64,000 nt of DNA from Candidatus Cloacimonadales bacterium (GTDB taxonomy: Bacteria; Cloacimonadota; Cloacimonadia; Cloacimonadales; JAFGVF01). The stretch spans positions 512,001 through 576,000 of the forward strand of contig OY762964.1 in assembly GCA_963667035.1 (NCBI GenBank), read 5' to 3'. Position 1 is the stretch's first letter. Each line of letters starts with the position of its first letter. The notes under the pieces are model-generated. The model did not search any database. It was not told the origin of the DNA and was given only the letters and a program-made list of their open reading frames with translations. A program made the position numbers and the translations under genes. Shown here piece by piece: positions 49,837 to 59,685 of the stretch.

Positions 49837-52104
49837 ATGAAGCATATAAAAAAAAGTGATGTCATTGCTATATTCATTATTTTTATTGTAGTTTGGCTTT
49901 CTGATTCATTATTAACTATGTTTCTCCTCACTCATGAATTTATTCAATGCGTATTAATAAATCCATTATCTCCTATCGCTATTAAGAGAGCTTGTCTTGC
50001 TCTGATAATGACCGTGACTTATATGTTACTCTTCAAAACTACCGTAAAAAAGAACTATCTTAACATCTGTGGCAGTGTATTTAAAGAAACCATTCAGAAA
50101 GCACCTTTTGGAGCTTTAGTAAGTGACATAAATGGTAACTTTCTTTTCTTTAACGAAAGATTTACCGAGATGACAGGGTACACGATTGATCAGATTAAGA
50201 CTTTTGACGATTGGTTTAGAATAGTCTATCCCGACCCTGAATATTGTGAACTGGTAAAAAAAGCTTGGGATAATGACTTAAGAGCTTTGATAACTAAAGA
50301 ATCAAGGGTAGTAAATAATCAAGTTAAAATCCGATGCTCTGAAAATCAAAATAAATATCTCTCCCTATCGGCTTCCTACGCTAAAGATTTTGTTATTATA
50401 TCTGCTGAAGATGTCACTGAACATATTCTTACAAAGGATGCACTGTTACAACAACAAAGAGAGCTTAGACAAATCATTAACTCTGTTCCGCACTTTATAT
50501 ATATCAAAGATGAGAATCGTAAGGTATATATGATAAACAATGCTCTAGCCGAATTCTTCGGGTGTGCTGTTAGCGATATAGAAGGCAATAATGAGATTAA
50601 TGAGAAGGCTGTTTTTGAAGATGAAGAACGTTTTATAAGAACTGATATGCAGATAATAAACGGTGAAGTTGATAAACTTGAATACATAGAGAAGGTAACT
50701 TACAAGGATGGTAGGTCAACTTGGTTCATGACCATCAAAGTGCCGTTTTATACTAATAATAACAAACGATATGTTCTAGGTATTTCCGTAGATGTTTCAG
50801 AGCTTCTTAACAAAGATAAAGAACTCATCGAGACCAGTACAAAGCTAGAGAAAGAAACCATTGCGAGGATGATCTCAGATAAACGCTTGCTTGAAACTCA
50901 AGAGACTCTTTCTCGAATCGTTTATAACAGTCCTAATCTATTTTTCTCAATGGACCCTGATCTTAACCTGACATTTATTAGCCCTCAAGTTGAAACTATT
51001 CTCGGATATAAACCGGACGAGATTAATGATAACTTTGATTGGATATTTATCAATAGTAAGACTCGAGCTTATATCAGAAATAGTATTAAAAGGGCTTTGG
51101 AGACTAGGGAGGAGCAACCTCACTATACAATAGAACTCCGGAAAAGGAATGGAGAGAAGCTGTGGGCTGAGATTAGAGAAACACCAATTATTGAAGATGG
51201 AAAAGCGGTTGCAGTTATTGGGTTGATTGTGGATGTTACCAAGAATAAGCAAGCAGAAACCGAGATTTATAGCTACCAAGAGAATCTTGAAAGTATCATT
51301 GAGAAAAGGACGAGTGAACTTGAGGAGAGAACAAAGAGATTAACTGACTCCCAGAGAGCTTTGACTTACCTCTTGGAAGATGTTAACTCTTCTCAGAAGA
51401 AACTTGAAAAAACTAATAAAGCCTTAATTGCTGCCAATAAGGAATTGGAAGCATTCTCATACTCAATTTCACATGATTTACGAACTCCTCTAAGGGCTAT
51501 CAACAGCTTTGCCAAACTACTTGCGGATGAATACTCACACCTCTTTGATGATGAAGCTTTCAGGATGTTCAATATAATAAGAGAGAACTCCATTATCATG
51601 AGTAATCTTATAAATGACTTATTGGCATTCTCAAAGTTAGGACTTGAAAAAGTGGAAAAAGTACCGGTGGACATGGAAACTATCATAAAGGATGAATATA
51701 AAAGTGCAGTAAACTTCTTAGATTATCCTATTGAATTAAGAATGGAAACAATTCATTCGGTAATAGGAGATAAACATCTATTGAAGCAGGTGTGGACAAA
51801 TCTTATCTCTAATGCGATAAAGTACAGTCGAAACTCAAAACCTTCTATTATTACAATAACTTCAAAAGAGGACTCAGAGTCTGTAACCTATATGATCTCT
51901 GACAACGGAGTGGGTTTTGATACACGATACAAGGATAAATTGTTCGGAGTATTCCAAAGGTTGCATTCTGTTAAAGATTTTGAAGGTACGGGCGTAGGAC
52001 TTGCCATTGCTCATCGAATAGTCCAGAAACATAGCGGGACAATTGATGCAGATTCCGACGGTAAGACCGGAGCAACCTTTATGTTTACATTACCTAAGAA
52101 ATAA
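49837..52104 (+). CDS. Multi-PAS sensor histidine kinase
   Basis: Two N-terminal TMs, three PAS-like domains, FSYSISHDLRTPL, NLISNAIKY, DNGVGF, FQRLH, GTGVGLA. Confidence 0.93.
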   Translation: MKHIKKSDVIAIFIIFIVVWLSDSLLTMFLLTHEFIQCVLINPLSPIAIKRACLALIMTVTYMLLFKTTVKKNYLNICGSVFKETIQKAPFGALVSDINGNFLFFNERFTEMTGYTIDQIKTFDDWFRIVYPDPEYCELVKKAWDNDLRALITKESRVVNNQVKIRCSENQNKYLSLSASYAKDFVIISAEDVTEHILTKDALLQQQRELRQIINSVPHFIYIKDENRKVYMINNALAEFFGCAVSDIEGNNEINEKAVFEDEERFIRTDMQIINGEVDKLEYIEKVTYKDGRSTWFMTIKVPFYTNNNKRYVLGISVDVSELLNKDKELIETSTKLEKETIARMISDKRLLETQETLSRIVYNSPNLFFSMDPDLNLTFISPQVETILGYKPDEINDNFDWIFINSKTRAYIRNSIKRALETREEQPHYTIELRKRNGEKLWAEIRETPIIEDGKAVAVIGLIVDVTKNKQAETEIYSYQENLESIIEKRTSELEERTKRLTDSQRALTYLLEDVNSSQKKLEKTNKALIAANKELEAFSYSISHDLRTPLRAINSFAKLLADEYSHLFDDEAFRMFNIIRENSIIMSNLINDLLAFSKLGLEKVEKVPVDMETIIKDEYKSAVNFLDYPIELRMETIHSVIGDKHLLKQVWTNLISNAIKYSRNSKPSIITITSKEDSESVTYMISDNGVGFDTRYKDKLFGVFQRLHSVKDFEGTGVGLAIAHRIVQKHSGTIDADSDGKTGATFMFTLPKK

Positions 52105-52874
52105 CTATTACTTATCACTATTACAGTTAGACGTTTTTAGACTTAACTCGTAGTCTTCTAATATAAACAGATCCCAATATAATTCCTTCAATCCTTCTCA
52201 TTTAAATTGAATACTTCTGATAGAGAAACAAAAAACATCATATCAAAAAAAGCAATGAACATTTTCTGTTTAAAGGGACTATTCTGCTCGTTCACTCCTC
52301 TATCATAATAATTAATCGAAAACGGTTCAATTCTTGAGAGTCTCTTGGGCAACCCCTGTGCCCGGAGATAAGAGACGGATAAGATTTTGAGTAGAAAATG
52401 ATATCTTTCAGACAATAATTATGATAGAGCTATGAGAGATTAGAGATATTGAAAAACTTCAAAATGAAATTACAGTTTATCAGCCTATCCGTTATCTTAT
52501 TTAGCAGTGTGGTTAGTTCAAAAAGTTTTCTTTTCTCGTTACAATACCGATAGCAATTTCTATAGTTTGCTCCTTTGGCAAAATTTCTTTAGCCATAGAG
52601 GATGACAATGATAATTTTGTCAGGATGTTTGAATGTTTTGTCCTGTAGTTGACTCTCTTTAAGTACTGCACTATAGGTTAATTCATCCTAATATTCTCAT
52701 TCTAAGCATGAACTATCAATGTAGCACCCTATAAAATAAATATCAAAAACTCACGAGTTAAAGCTTGATGAATCCTCTTATGATAATGGTTTTAAACTGT
52801 ATGATATAATTCCTATTAAAATGGTGTAAGTATTATATTGACACATTTTCAGACTGTAATTTTCATAATATATT

Positions 52875-53945
52875 ATGAAACCATATAAAATATTCGGCAT
52901 AGTACAGCCGGGATTGGAACATATTGCAGAACAAGAATTAAAAAGATTAGGTGTGAAGAACTATACTCTGTTAAATGGAGGTATAGAGTTTGTTGGACAT
53001 CAATCTCTTCTGATTAAATGTAATCTCATAAGTCGTGTATTCTCTCGCTTTATCATTCGGAATGGTGAGTTTATTGCCACTACTTTTCAAGAATTGGAAG
53101 CTAAGATAATGCAATTGAATTGGCAAGATTTCTTTAAGGATCAGAATTTGTGTTTGCATGTGAACTCAATCGATTCTAAGCTATACCATGAGAAAGCAAT
53201 AGGGCTAACAGTAATCTCAGCTTTAAATAAGCTATATAAGAAAGACATAAATGTTGATTCTGTCCCTCAATCCGAGAATAGTCAACTGGTCATTATAAAT
53301 GTGTATAGAAACAAATTTACTGTAAGTATGGATAGCAGTGGAGAGCATTTACATAAACGAGGTTACATGGATTGGAGAGAAAAAGCACCGATAAGAGAAA
53401 CTATCGCTGCAGCTATGCTTCAATCAGTGAAAGAACCTGTACACTTTCTTTTAGATCCTTTGTGTGGTTCCGGTACTATACCAATTGAGATGGCTATCCA
53501 ACAAATGCAACTTCCGCTTTCCAGGTTTAGAAAGTTTGCTTTTCAGGATTGGCCTTCAATACAAACAAACAGATTTATAAAAATAAATTCGGAACTCGAA
53601 GATAATACAATTACTAAACCTGACATTTTTATTAAAGGTTCCGATATAGACCAAAAGTCAATAACAACAGCTTCTCATAACGCAGATAAAGCGGGAGTAG
53701 GGGACCTTATCCAATGGGAAATAAAAGATATTAACGATTATAATAATCAACTAGAGAATAAATTAATTGTAACTAATCCACCATACGGTGTTAGAATCAA
53801 TGGAACAGAATCACTAAAATCATTGAGTTTGCTGTCAAAACAGAATAGGGTATATTTAATACACCCTAGAAAGTTTAAGAACAGTGAGGAATTATTTAGT
53901 ATAAAAAACGGTTCAATCAGAGTCAGTTTTCAGAAGCTGACTTAA
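52875..53945 (+). CDS. THUMP-domain RNA methyltransferase (RlmL/YpsC-like)
   Basis: GLE, SKLYH, DSSGEHLHKRGY, APIRETIAA, DPLCGSGT, TNPPYG. Confidence 0.9.
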   Translation: MKPYKIFGIVQPGLEHIAEQELKRLGVKNYTLLNGGIEFVGHQSLLIKCNLISRVFSRFIIRNGEFIATTFQELEAKIMQLNWQDFFKDQNLCLHVNSIDSKLYHEKAIGLTVISALNKLYKKDINVDSVPQSENSQLVIINVYRNKFTVSMDSSGEHLHKRGYMDWREKAPIRETIAAAMLQSVKEPVHFLLDPLCGSGTIPIEMAIQQMQLPLSRFRKFAFQDWPSIQTNRFIKINSELEDNTITKPDIFIKGSDIDQKSITTASHNADKAGVGDLIQWEIKDINDYNNQLENKLIVTNPPYGVRINGTESLKSLSLLSKQNRVYLIHPRKFKNSEELFSIKNGSIRVSFQKLT

Positions 53946-53960
53946 CTGAAGGAGACAACA

Positions 53961-54722
53961 GTGTACTCACATGAAGTTGAATATGAAATTATTGGTGATG
54001 ATATACAGGTAGTGGAAATTAGTCTGGATCCGAGAGAGACAATTGTTGCAGAAGCTGGGGCGATGAACTGGATGGATGAAGGTATTACTTTTGAATCAAA
54101 ACTAGGTGACGGTTCGGAAGTAAATAAAGGATTAGCCGGGAAGCTTTTTCAAACAGCTAAAAGAGCTTTGAGCGGGGAGTCAATATTCTTAACGCATTTC
54201 ACAAATTCTGTAAATTCAGTACAGAAAGTTGCTTTTGCGGCACCTTATCCGGGTAAAATAATTCCTGTTAATCTTGCAGAAACAGGTAACGTAATATACT
54301 GCCAAAAAGATGCATATCTTTGTTCCGCATTCGGAACAAAGATTGATATTGCTTTTACAAAAAGAATAGGAACAGGCTTTTTTGGTGGAGAAGGATTCAT
54401 TCTACAGAAAATAAGCGGTGACGGACTTGCTTTTCTTCATGCAGGTGGTGCAATAGTGAAGAAAGAGCTTAAAGGTGGAAAACTTCGAGTAGATACCGGA
54501 TGTCTTGTTGCTTTTACTGACGGAATAGAATATGATATTGAGTTAGCAGGCGGATTGAAATCAATGCTTTTTGGTGGAGAAGGTCTATTTTTAGCTACAC
54601 TTCGAGGACACGGATATGTCTACCTCCAATCGCTGCCATTTTCAAGACTTGCAAATAATGTTTTAAAACATGCTCCCGGAATGGGAGGAACTAATAAAGG
54701 TGAAAGTAGTATAAGCTTTTAG
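53961..54722 (+). CDS. AIM24/TIGR00266 family protein
   Basis: [34 protein letters not shown]. Confidence 0.9.
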   Translation: MYSHEVEYEIIGDDIQVVEISLDPRETIVAEAGAMNWMDEGITFESKLGDGSEVNKGLAGKLFQTAKRALSGESIFLTHFTNSVNSVQKVAFAAPYPGKIIPVNLAETGNVIYCQKDAYLCSAFGTKIDIAFTKRIGTGFFGGEGFILQKISGDGLAFLHAGGAIVKKELKGGKLRVDTGCLVAFTDGIEYDIELAGGLKSMLFGGEGLFLATLRGHGYVYLQSLPFSRLANNVLKHAPGMGGTNKGESSISF

Positions 54723-54884
54723 TTGCTTTAGTGAATATAATTCATATTATATATTTATGATTATTAATAGCTGATTTATTGAGCTTTTTACTCTCACTTG
54801 ATATTTGTAATGCATTGGTGAATAAACTACTTCGATTTATTCCATAAATAGCAGTTTACATTTTAGTACTAATCGTAAACTTTA

Positions 54885-54929
54885 TACAAAAATTAATTTT
54901 GTTGCAACAATACGGAGTTTTGTTATACT
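54885..54929 (+). promoter_or_regulatory. Promoter of the MarR operon with palindromic operator candidates
   Basis: -35 TTGCAA (54902), TG-n-TATACT (54921-54929); palindrome TTGTTGCAACAA 54899-54910. Confidence 0.55.
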
Positions 54930-55003
54930 ATAAATGTTATCTGAGTTTATGGTTGGAAGTGAAATTATTTAAACTAAGATAATAAAAATGACAGGAGGTT
55001 ATT

Positions 55004-55456
55004 ATGAAATACTCAGTTGAGGATTTTATAGCTCTTACTAACAGAATGCAGAAGATACTGTATGAACGTGACACATTACACAAATCATCCATGAATATTG
55101 GTAAAATGGAATGTAACATGTTACAATATCTTTTCACACAGAACAAACCGGTAAGCATGAACCAGCTTGCCAAAGCTTTAAACGTGTCACACAGTCGTGT
55201 TACCAGAATAATGGATAATCTGGTTTTGAAGGGATTTGCAGAAAGACAACATTCGGAAGAAGACAGAAGAAGATGGTTTGCTGTTGTTACCGAAGGTGGT
55301 CAGAGACTAGCCTCTGAATGCAGCAAAAAGATTTTTGCTCAGCAACGCAAAGTATATGATGAGCTTAGCGAAACTGACAGAGATGCTGTATATGAAAGTC
55401 TTGATAAATTCATTAAAACCTACGAAGTAATTATCGCAAAACATAAAAAGAAATAA
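55004..55456 (+). CDS. MarR family transcriptional regulator
   Basis: LAKALNVSHSRVTRIMDNLV...EDRR...TEGG winged-helix pattern. Confidence 0.9.
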   Translation: MKYSVEDFIALTNRMQKILYERDTLHKSSMNIGKMECNMLQYLFTQNKPVSMNQLAKALNVSHSRVTRIMDNLVLKGFAERQHSEEDRRRWFAVVTEGGQRLASECSKKIFAQQRKVYDELSETDRDAVYESLDKFIKTYEVIIAKHKKK

Positions 55457-55457
55457 A

Positions 55458-55877
55458 ATGAATACTGTAGTAACTTGGCAGGGCGGTTTCAAATTTGAAT
55501 CCGTCCAGGGAGATCATAAATTAATTATGGACTCCAATAAACCCGGTAAAAAGGGTGAGGGACCTTCTCCTAAACCCTTATTGCTTTCTGCGTTAGCGGG
55601 TTGTACCGGAATGGATGTTGTTTATATTCTAAACAACTATGGATACACTGATTTCGATTTTAAATTGGAAGTTGATGCTGATAATTCGGATACGCATCCC
55701 AAGATTTATAGTGCTATTAGAATCAAGTATATCTTCAATGGAAAAGATCTAAGCGATTATAAAATAAAGAGAGCAGTAGAGTTATCTGCTACTAAATACT
55801 GTGGTGTTTCTGCTATGCTTAAACAAAGCTCTGATATCTCTTTTGAAGTATATTTAAATGGAGAGAAAATTGACTAA
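55458..55877 (+). CDS. OsmC/YhfA family protein
   Basis: GPSPKPLLLSALAGCTGMDV, KYCGV. Confidence 0.9.
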   Translation: MNTVVTWQGGFKFESVQGDHKLIMDSNKPGKKGEGPSPKPLLLSALAGCTGMDVVYILNNYGYTDFDFKLEVDADNSDTHPKIYSAIRIKYIFNGKDLSDYKIKRAVELSATKYCGVSAMLKQSSDISFEVYLNGEKID

Positions 55878-56352
55878 AATTAAGATTGTAATAATGGCTC
55901 TACTCCTAGTTGGATTTATAACAGGAATAGGCTGTACAAAAGCTGATGTTGCGAATGCCGGTAATGAAGATAAACTGACTTGGTCAGAAGATTTTGCTAC
56001 AACTGCGGAATTGGCTAAAGAAAAGAATTTACCTATCTTAGTTAATTTCACAGGCTCAGATTGGTGTGGTTGGTGTTTTAAACTTCGTGATGAAGTTTTT
56101 GCTACTGATGAATTCGCTGAATATGCAGAGAAAAATCTAGTGCTTTTTAAAGCTGATTTTCCTAAGAACATTGCCCAGACTGATGAGCTGAAGGCTCAGA
56201 ATAGAAGTTTAATGCAAAAATATGGAGTTCGTGGATTCCCGACAATCGTATTGTTGAAGAGTGACGGAACGTTAATAGCTCAAACAGGTTACCAACAAGG
56301 TGGAGCTACAAAATATATAGAGCATTTGAATAGCTTGCTTTCTAAAGAGTAA
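55858..56352 (+). CDS. Exported thioredoxin-fold protein (DsbH-like); start uncertain
   Basis: Signal/lipoprotein-like N-terminus; FTGSDWCGWC; GFPT. Confidence 0.85.
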   Translation: MERKLTKIKIVIMALLLVGFITGIGCTKADVANAGNEDKLTWSEDFATTAELAKEKNLPILVNFTGSDWCGWCFKLRDEVFATDEFAEYAEKNLVLFKADFPKNIAQTDELKAQNRSLMQKYGVRGFPTIVLLKSDGTLIAQTGYQQGGATKYIEHLNSLLSKE

Positions 56353-56412
56353 AAAAGTGATTAATTTTGCTTGACGGAGTCAGCTCGTTCTAAAAAAGTG
56401 CTTATACGTTGA

Positions 56413-56489
56413 CGCGAGGTGGAGCAGTTAGGTAGCTCGTTGGGCTCATAACCCAAAGGCCGGAGGTTCAAATCCTCCCCTCGCTACCA
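56413..56489 (+). tRNA. Initiator tRNA-fMet (CAT)
   Basis: C1:U72 mismatch, GGG/CCC anticodon stem, CAT anticodon, encoded CCA. Confidence 0.95.
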
Positions 56490-56490
56490 A

Positions 56491-56567
56491 GGCGGCGTAG
56501 CTCAGTTGGTTAGAGCATCGGAATCATAATCCGAGTGTCCGGGGTTCAAGTCCCTGCGCCGCTACCA
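56491..56567 (+). tRNA. tRNA-Met (CAT), elongator type
   Basis: Cloverleaf GGCGGCGTAGCTCAG...TCGGA-ATCATAA-TCCGA...TTCAAGTCC...ACCA. Confidence 0.88.
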
Positions 56568-56615
56568 AGTTTATAATCGCTTATCGCAAGATAAGCTAAT
56601 TTTATATGTGAATGC

Positions 56616-56692
<77 letters not shown>

Positions 56693-56702
56693 TTTCTTTT
56701 AT

Positions 56703-56779
56703 GGTGGCTGTAGCTCAGCTGGCAGAGTACTTGATTGTGGCTCAAGATGTCGCGGGTTCAAGTCCCGTCAGCCACCCCA
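56703..56779 (+). tRNA. tRNA-His (GTG)
   Basis: Encoded G-1, C73, CTTGA-TTGTGGC-TCAAG arm, CCA. Confidence 0.95.
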
Positions 56780-56850
56780 CTTTTAAATCAATCATTGCTT
56801 ATTTTATAATCTATATTATCATGTCTCCAAACAAATATTTCGGAGGATTT

Positions 56851-57660
56851 ATGAATATTGAATTAATAAAAGAAACGATTGTTCCTTTCATTACAACTTA
56901 TTCTGTTAAACTTGCAGGAGCTCTAGCAGTTTGGATCATTGGTGCTATATTAGTTAAGATGATCTTGAAGATTGTTTCCAAAGGCTTTAAGAAAAAGCAA
57001 ACAGAACCTACTGTTTCAAATTTTATGCTATCACTTCTAAAGTTCATGTTGAATTTAGTATTGCTCATTATAGTAGGAACCATGCTTGGTGTGCAGATGT
57101 CTTCTTTAGTTGCAGTACTAGGTGCTGCCGGTCTGGCTATAGGTTTAGCGTTACAAGGATCATTGTCTAACTTTGCAGGTGGAATTATTCTCTTAGTCCT
57201 TAAACCATTCAAAGTAGGGGATTACATAAAAGCTAACGGACTGGAAGGAAGTGTAAAAAGCTTGGCAATTCTATTTACTACTCTAGAGACAGTTGATAAG
57301 AAAACGGTATATATTCCTAATGGTAGTTTAGCTAATGCACCAATTACAAACTTCTCAGTTTCAGAGAACAGAAGAGTAGACTTAGTATTCTCTACTTCTT
57401 ATGACAATGATATTGATAAGGTTAAAGCCATTATTACTGAAGTTGCTGTAGCACATCCTAAAGTATTAAAAGATCCTGAACCATTTATTAGACTATCGGC
57501 TCATAACTCAAGCTCATTGGACTATACTTGCAGATTATGGGTAAAAGGTGTCGATTACTGGACAGTACATTTTGATTTGTTAGAGCAAGTTAAGAAAGCT
57601 TTTGATGCAAATGACATTGAGATTCCGTATCCTCAAATTGTTGTTCATCAAGATAAATAA
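56851..57660 (+). CDS. mscS: Small-conductance mechanosensitive channel
   Basis: LGAAGLAIGLALQGSLSNFAGG, PFKVGD, IPN, IEIPYPQ; start at MNIEL after GGAGG. Confidence 0.95.
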   Translation: MNIELIKETIVPFITTYSVKLAGALAVWIIGAILVKMILKIVSKGFKKKQTEPTVSNFMLSLLKFMLNLVLLIIVGTMLGVQMSSLVAVLGAAGLAIGLALQGSLSNFAGGIILLVLKPFKVGDYIKANGLEGSVKSLAILFTTLETVDKKTVYIPNGSLANAPITNFSVSENRRVDLVFSTSYDNDIDKVKAIITEVAVAHPKVLKDPEPFIRLSAHNSSSLDYTCRLWVKGVDYWTVHFDLLEQVKKAFDANDIEIPYPQIVVHQDK

Positions 57661-57668
57661 ATTATGAT

Positions 57669-57700
57669 AAAAAAAGCCCGGTAAATCCGGGCTTAAATTT
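57669..57700. terminator. Terminator between convergent genes
   Basis: AAGCCCGG-taaat-CCGGGCTT with an A run on the left. Confidence 0.8.
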
Positions 57701-59685
57701 TATAGAAGACCTTTCCTACGCCTTAACAGCAATTCTGTTGAAAAAACTGCTAAAAATACTGCTAGAAGCCAAATCTTCTTGTAGAGGTGTATTTCATAAT
57801 CTCTAGTTAGCTTTCTTTCTGTTGCCTCTTTTAAGTCTATATCCTTAACATTGATAAAAACCGCTCCGTTTGTAATGGCACTTATGTATTTTAGATTCTC
57901 GGCATTGTAGCCTTTGTTTGAGTTTTCTAAACCGGCTTCAAGGACTAAAAAACTCTCTTCACTCAAAGCTTCCTTATCCTCAATTGATACATTTGCCGTA
58001 TACTCTCCTGATACCAGACCTTCTAAACTTGTTGAATAGTACTCGTCCTTACTAACCATATATTTATGAGTGACAAGTTTACCCTTATTATCATAGATAT
58101 TAACTTCCGGATTCAGACCATACATTCTATCCATCTTCTCGTCAAAGGCTTGTAACTCTAACAATACTTTCTCTCCATAGAGGTAGCCGGGCTTAGAACT
58201 AGATAAAATAAAGCTTTTGGTTTGATTAGAACTAAGCCAGTTAAACAAAGCTTCGAATGTAGTTTGATAACTATTGTCCTCTCCCCATAGACTCCATTTC
58301 CATAGATTTTTAGTAGCAAAGTTTAGAAAAGTACCTGCACCTGTTTTCTTTAAAGCAATAGCAGGAGAAAGATCCGAGTTGTTAAAATTAGCCAGAATAG
58401 TTGCACCATTCTCGGGACCATAGTACTGATAACTTAATGGAGGAATCTTGTCTGTGTTGTTTGCTAAATCAATTAGTGCAGTGTATTCTTTACCTTCGTT
58501 AGTTATGCTAATTGTACTTTCGAAATTTCTGGTCATATTAGTCTTCTTCAAAGGCTGCACATCCCTTAACCCGGAAATCGGAGCTCCGATAAGTATGGCA
58601 CTTTTACCATTGATAACTTTATCTCTTATTGTAGTTTGGTCTTCTCTGGTAAAAGTTAGATTACCATTGTTAACTAAAATGAGAAGCGAGTAGTCGATTT
58701 CCTTAAGCGGACTTTGGATAAGATCCCTTCCACTATAGAATCTTCTATTCTTAGTTTGAAGAATATCAAGATCAAATCTTGAATTGTTTTTTACTGCATC
58801 TTTAATCTGCTTAGTTTCCCAGTTTAGTGCATCAGTAACAAGCAGGACCCTATTCTTAGAGCTTATTACTCGAACAGTCGCACTTGAATAAAGACTATTA
58901 TCTCCTTCACTTCCGATTACTTCAAATGTAACTCTCTTTATGCCAAGATTCTTAAAGCTATAATCAAACTCAAACTGAGAGGATAGTTCAGAGTTTGAAG
59001 AAGTATTCTTTCTTAATACTTCTTTCCCACCTATACTCATGATGCAAGTTAGCTTCTTCGTGTTAACAGCATTGTTTAAATGAACAATAAAAGGAGATTT
59101 CTCATTTATATAGCTTGTATTGTTAAATTCAACAAAAGATATTTGTAATGAGTCGTCAGAAGTATTAATTTGGGGGATATAGCAATTCACTTTTTTGTTA
59201 AGAAGTGAAATGTCATTTAGACTATCATCGTGAAACCAACCATCAGACAATAGAAATATTTCCTCTACATTATCTATGTTTAACTTAGAGGCTAAATCAT
59301 TTAAAGATTTACTAATCTGAGTCTGATTAGTTTTACCATTAATCCCATCGGCAAAAGTAAAATCGTTTACTTCGTATCCATGTTGTTTAAGTAAATTAAT
59401 AAGATCTTTTTTTACAGGTGATAATTGAGTTTGTTTAGTTGACTCCCCTAAAAATCCATCCATGCTATCAGAATCATCTATTAGTACAACTGCTTGTGAT
59501 AAAATGGTTTGTTTACGAATGAATCTCAAAATTGGATTAAACAGATATAATAGAACAACTGCTATTGAGATTGTCCGGAGTAAGATAAATCCCAATTTCC
59601 ATCCTCTGGTTAATGAAGGTGTTGAACCAGTATAAAACCAGATAGCTATTAGTAAAGATATGACAGCAATTAGGATGTATATCAT
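57700..59685 (-). CDS. Membrane protein with VWA-like domain
   Basis: Two N-terminal TMs, VLIDDSDSM (DxSxS) and LLSDG, C-terminal TM with ELLLRRRKGL. Confidence 0.7.
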   Translation of the reverse strand: MIYILIAVISLLIAIWFYTGSTPSLTRGWKLGFILLRTISIAVVLLYLFNPILRFIRKQTILSQAVVLIDDSDSMDGFLGESTKQTQLSPVKKDLINLLKQHGYEVNDFTFADGINGKTNQTQISKSLNDLASKLNIDNVEEIFLLSDGWFHDDSLNDISLLNKKVNCYIPQINTSDDSLQISFVEFNNTSYINEKSPFIVHLNNAVNTKKLTCIMSIGGKEVLRKNTSSNSELSSQFEFDYSFKNLGIKRVTFEVIGSEGDNSLYSSATVRVISSKNRVLLVTDALNWETKQIKDAVKNNSRFDLDILQTKNRRFYSGRDLIQSPLKEIDYSLLILVNNGNLTFTREDQTTIRDKVINGKSAILIGAPISGLRDVQPLKKTNMTRNFESTISITNEGKEYTALIDLANNTDKIPPLSYQYYGPENGATILANFNNSDLSPAIALKKTGAGTFLNFATKNLWKWSLWGEDNSYQTTFEALFNWLSSNQTKSFILSSSKPGYLYGEKVLLELQAFDEKMDRMYGLNPEVNIYDNKGKLVTHKYMVSKDEYYSTSLEGLVSGEYTANVSIEDKEALSEESFLVLEAGLENSNKGYNAENLKYISAITNGAVFINVKDIDLKEATERKLTRDYEIHLYKKIWLLAVFLAVFSTELLLRRRKGLL

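Noticed and set aside
52188..52415. 75-aa minus-strand ORF
   Set aside because: No RBS or homology cues; overlaps the hairpin tract
56701..56850. N-terminal extension of the mscS ORF
   Set aside because: Overlaps tRNA-His; the real start is 56851 after GGAGG
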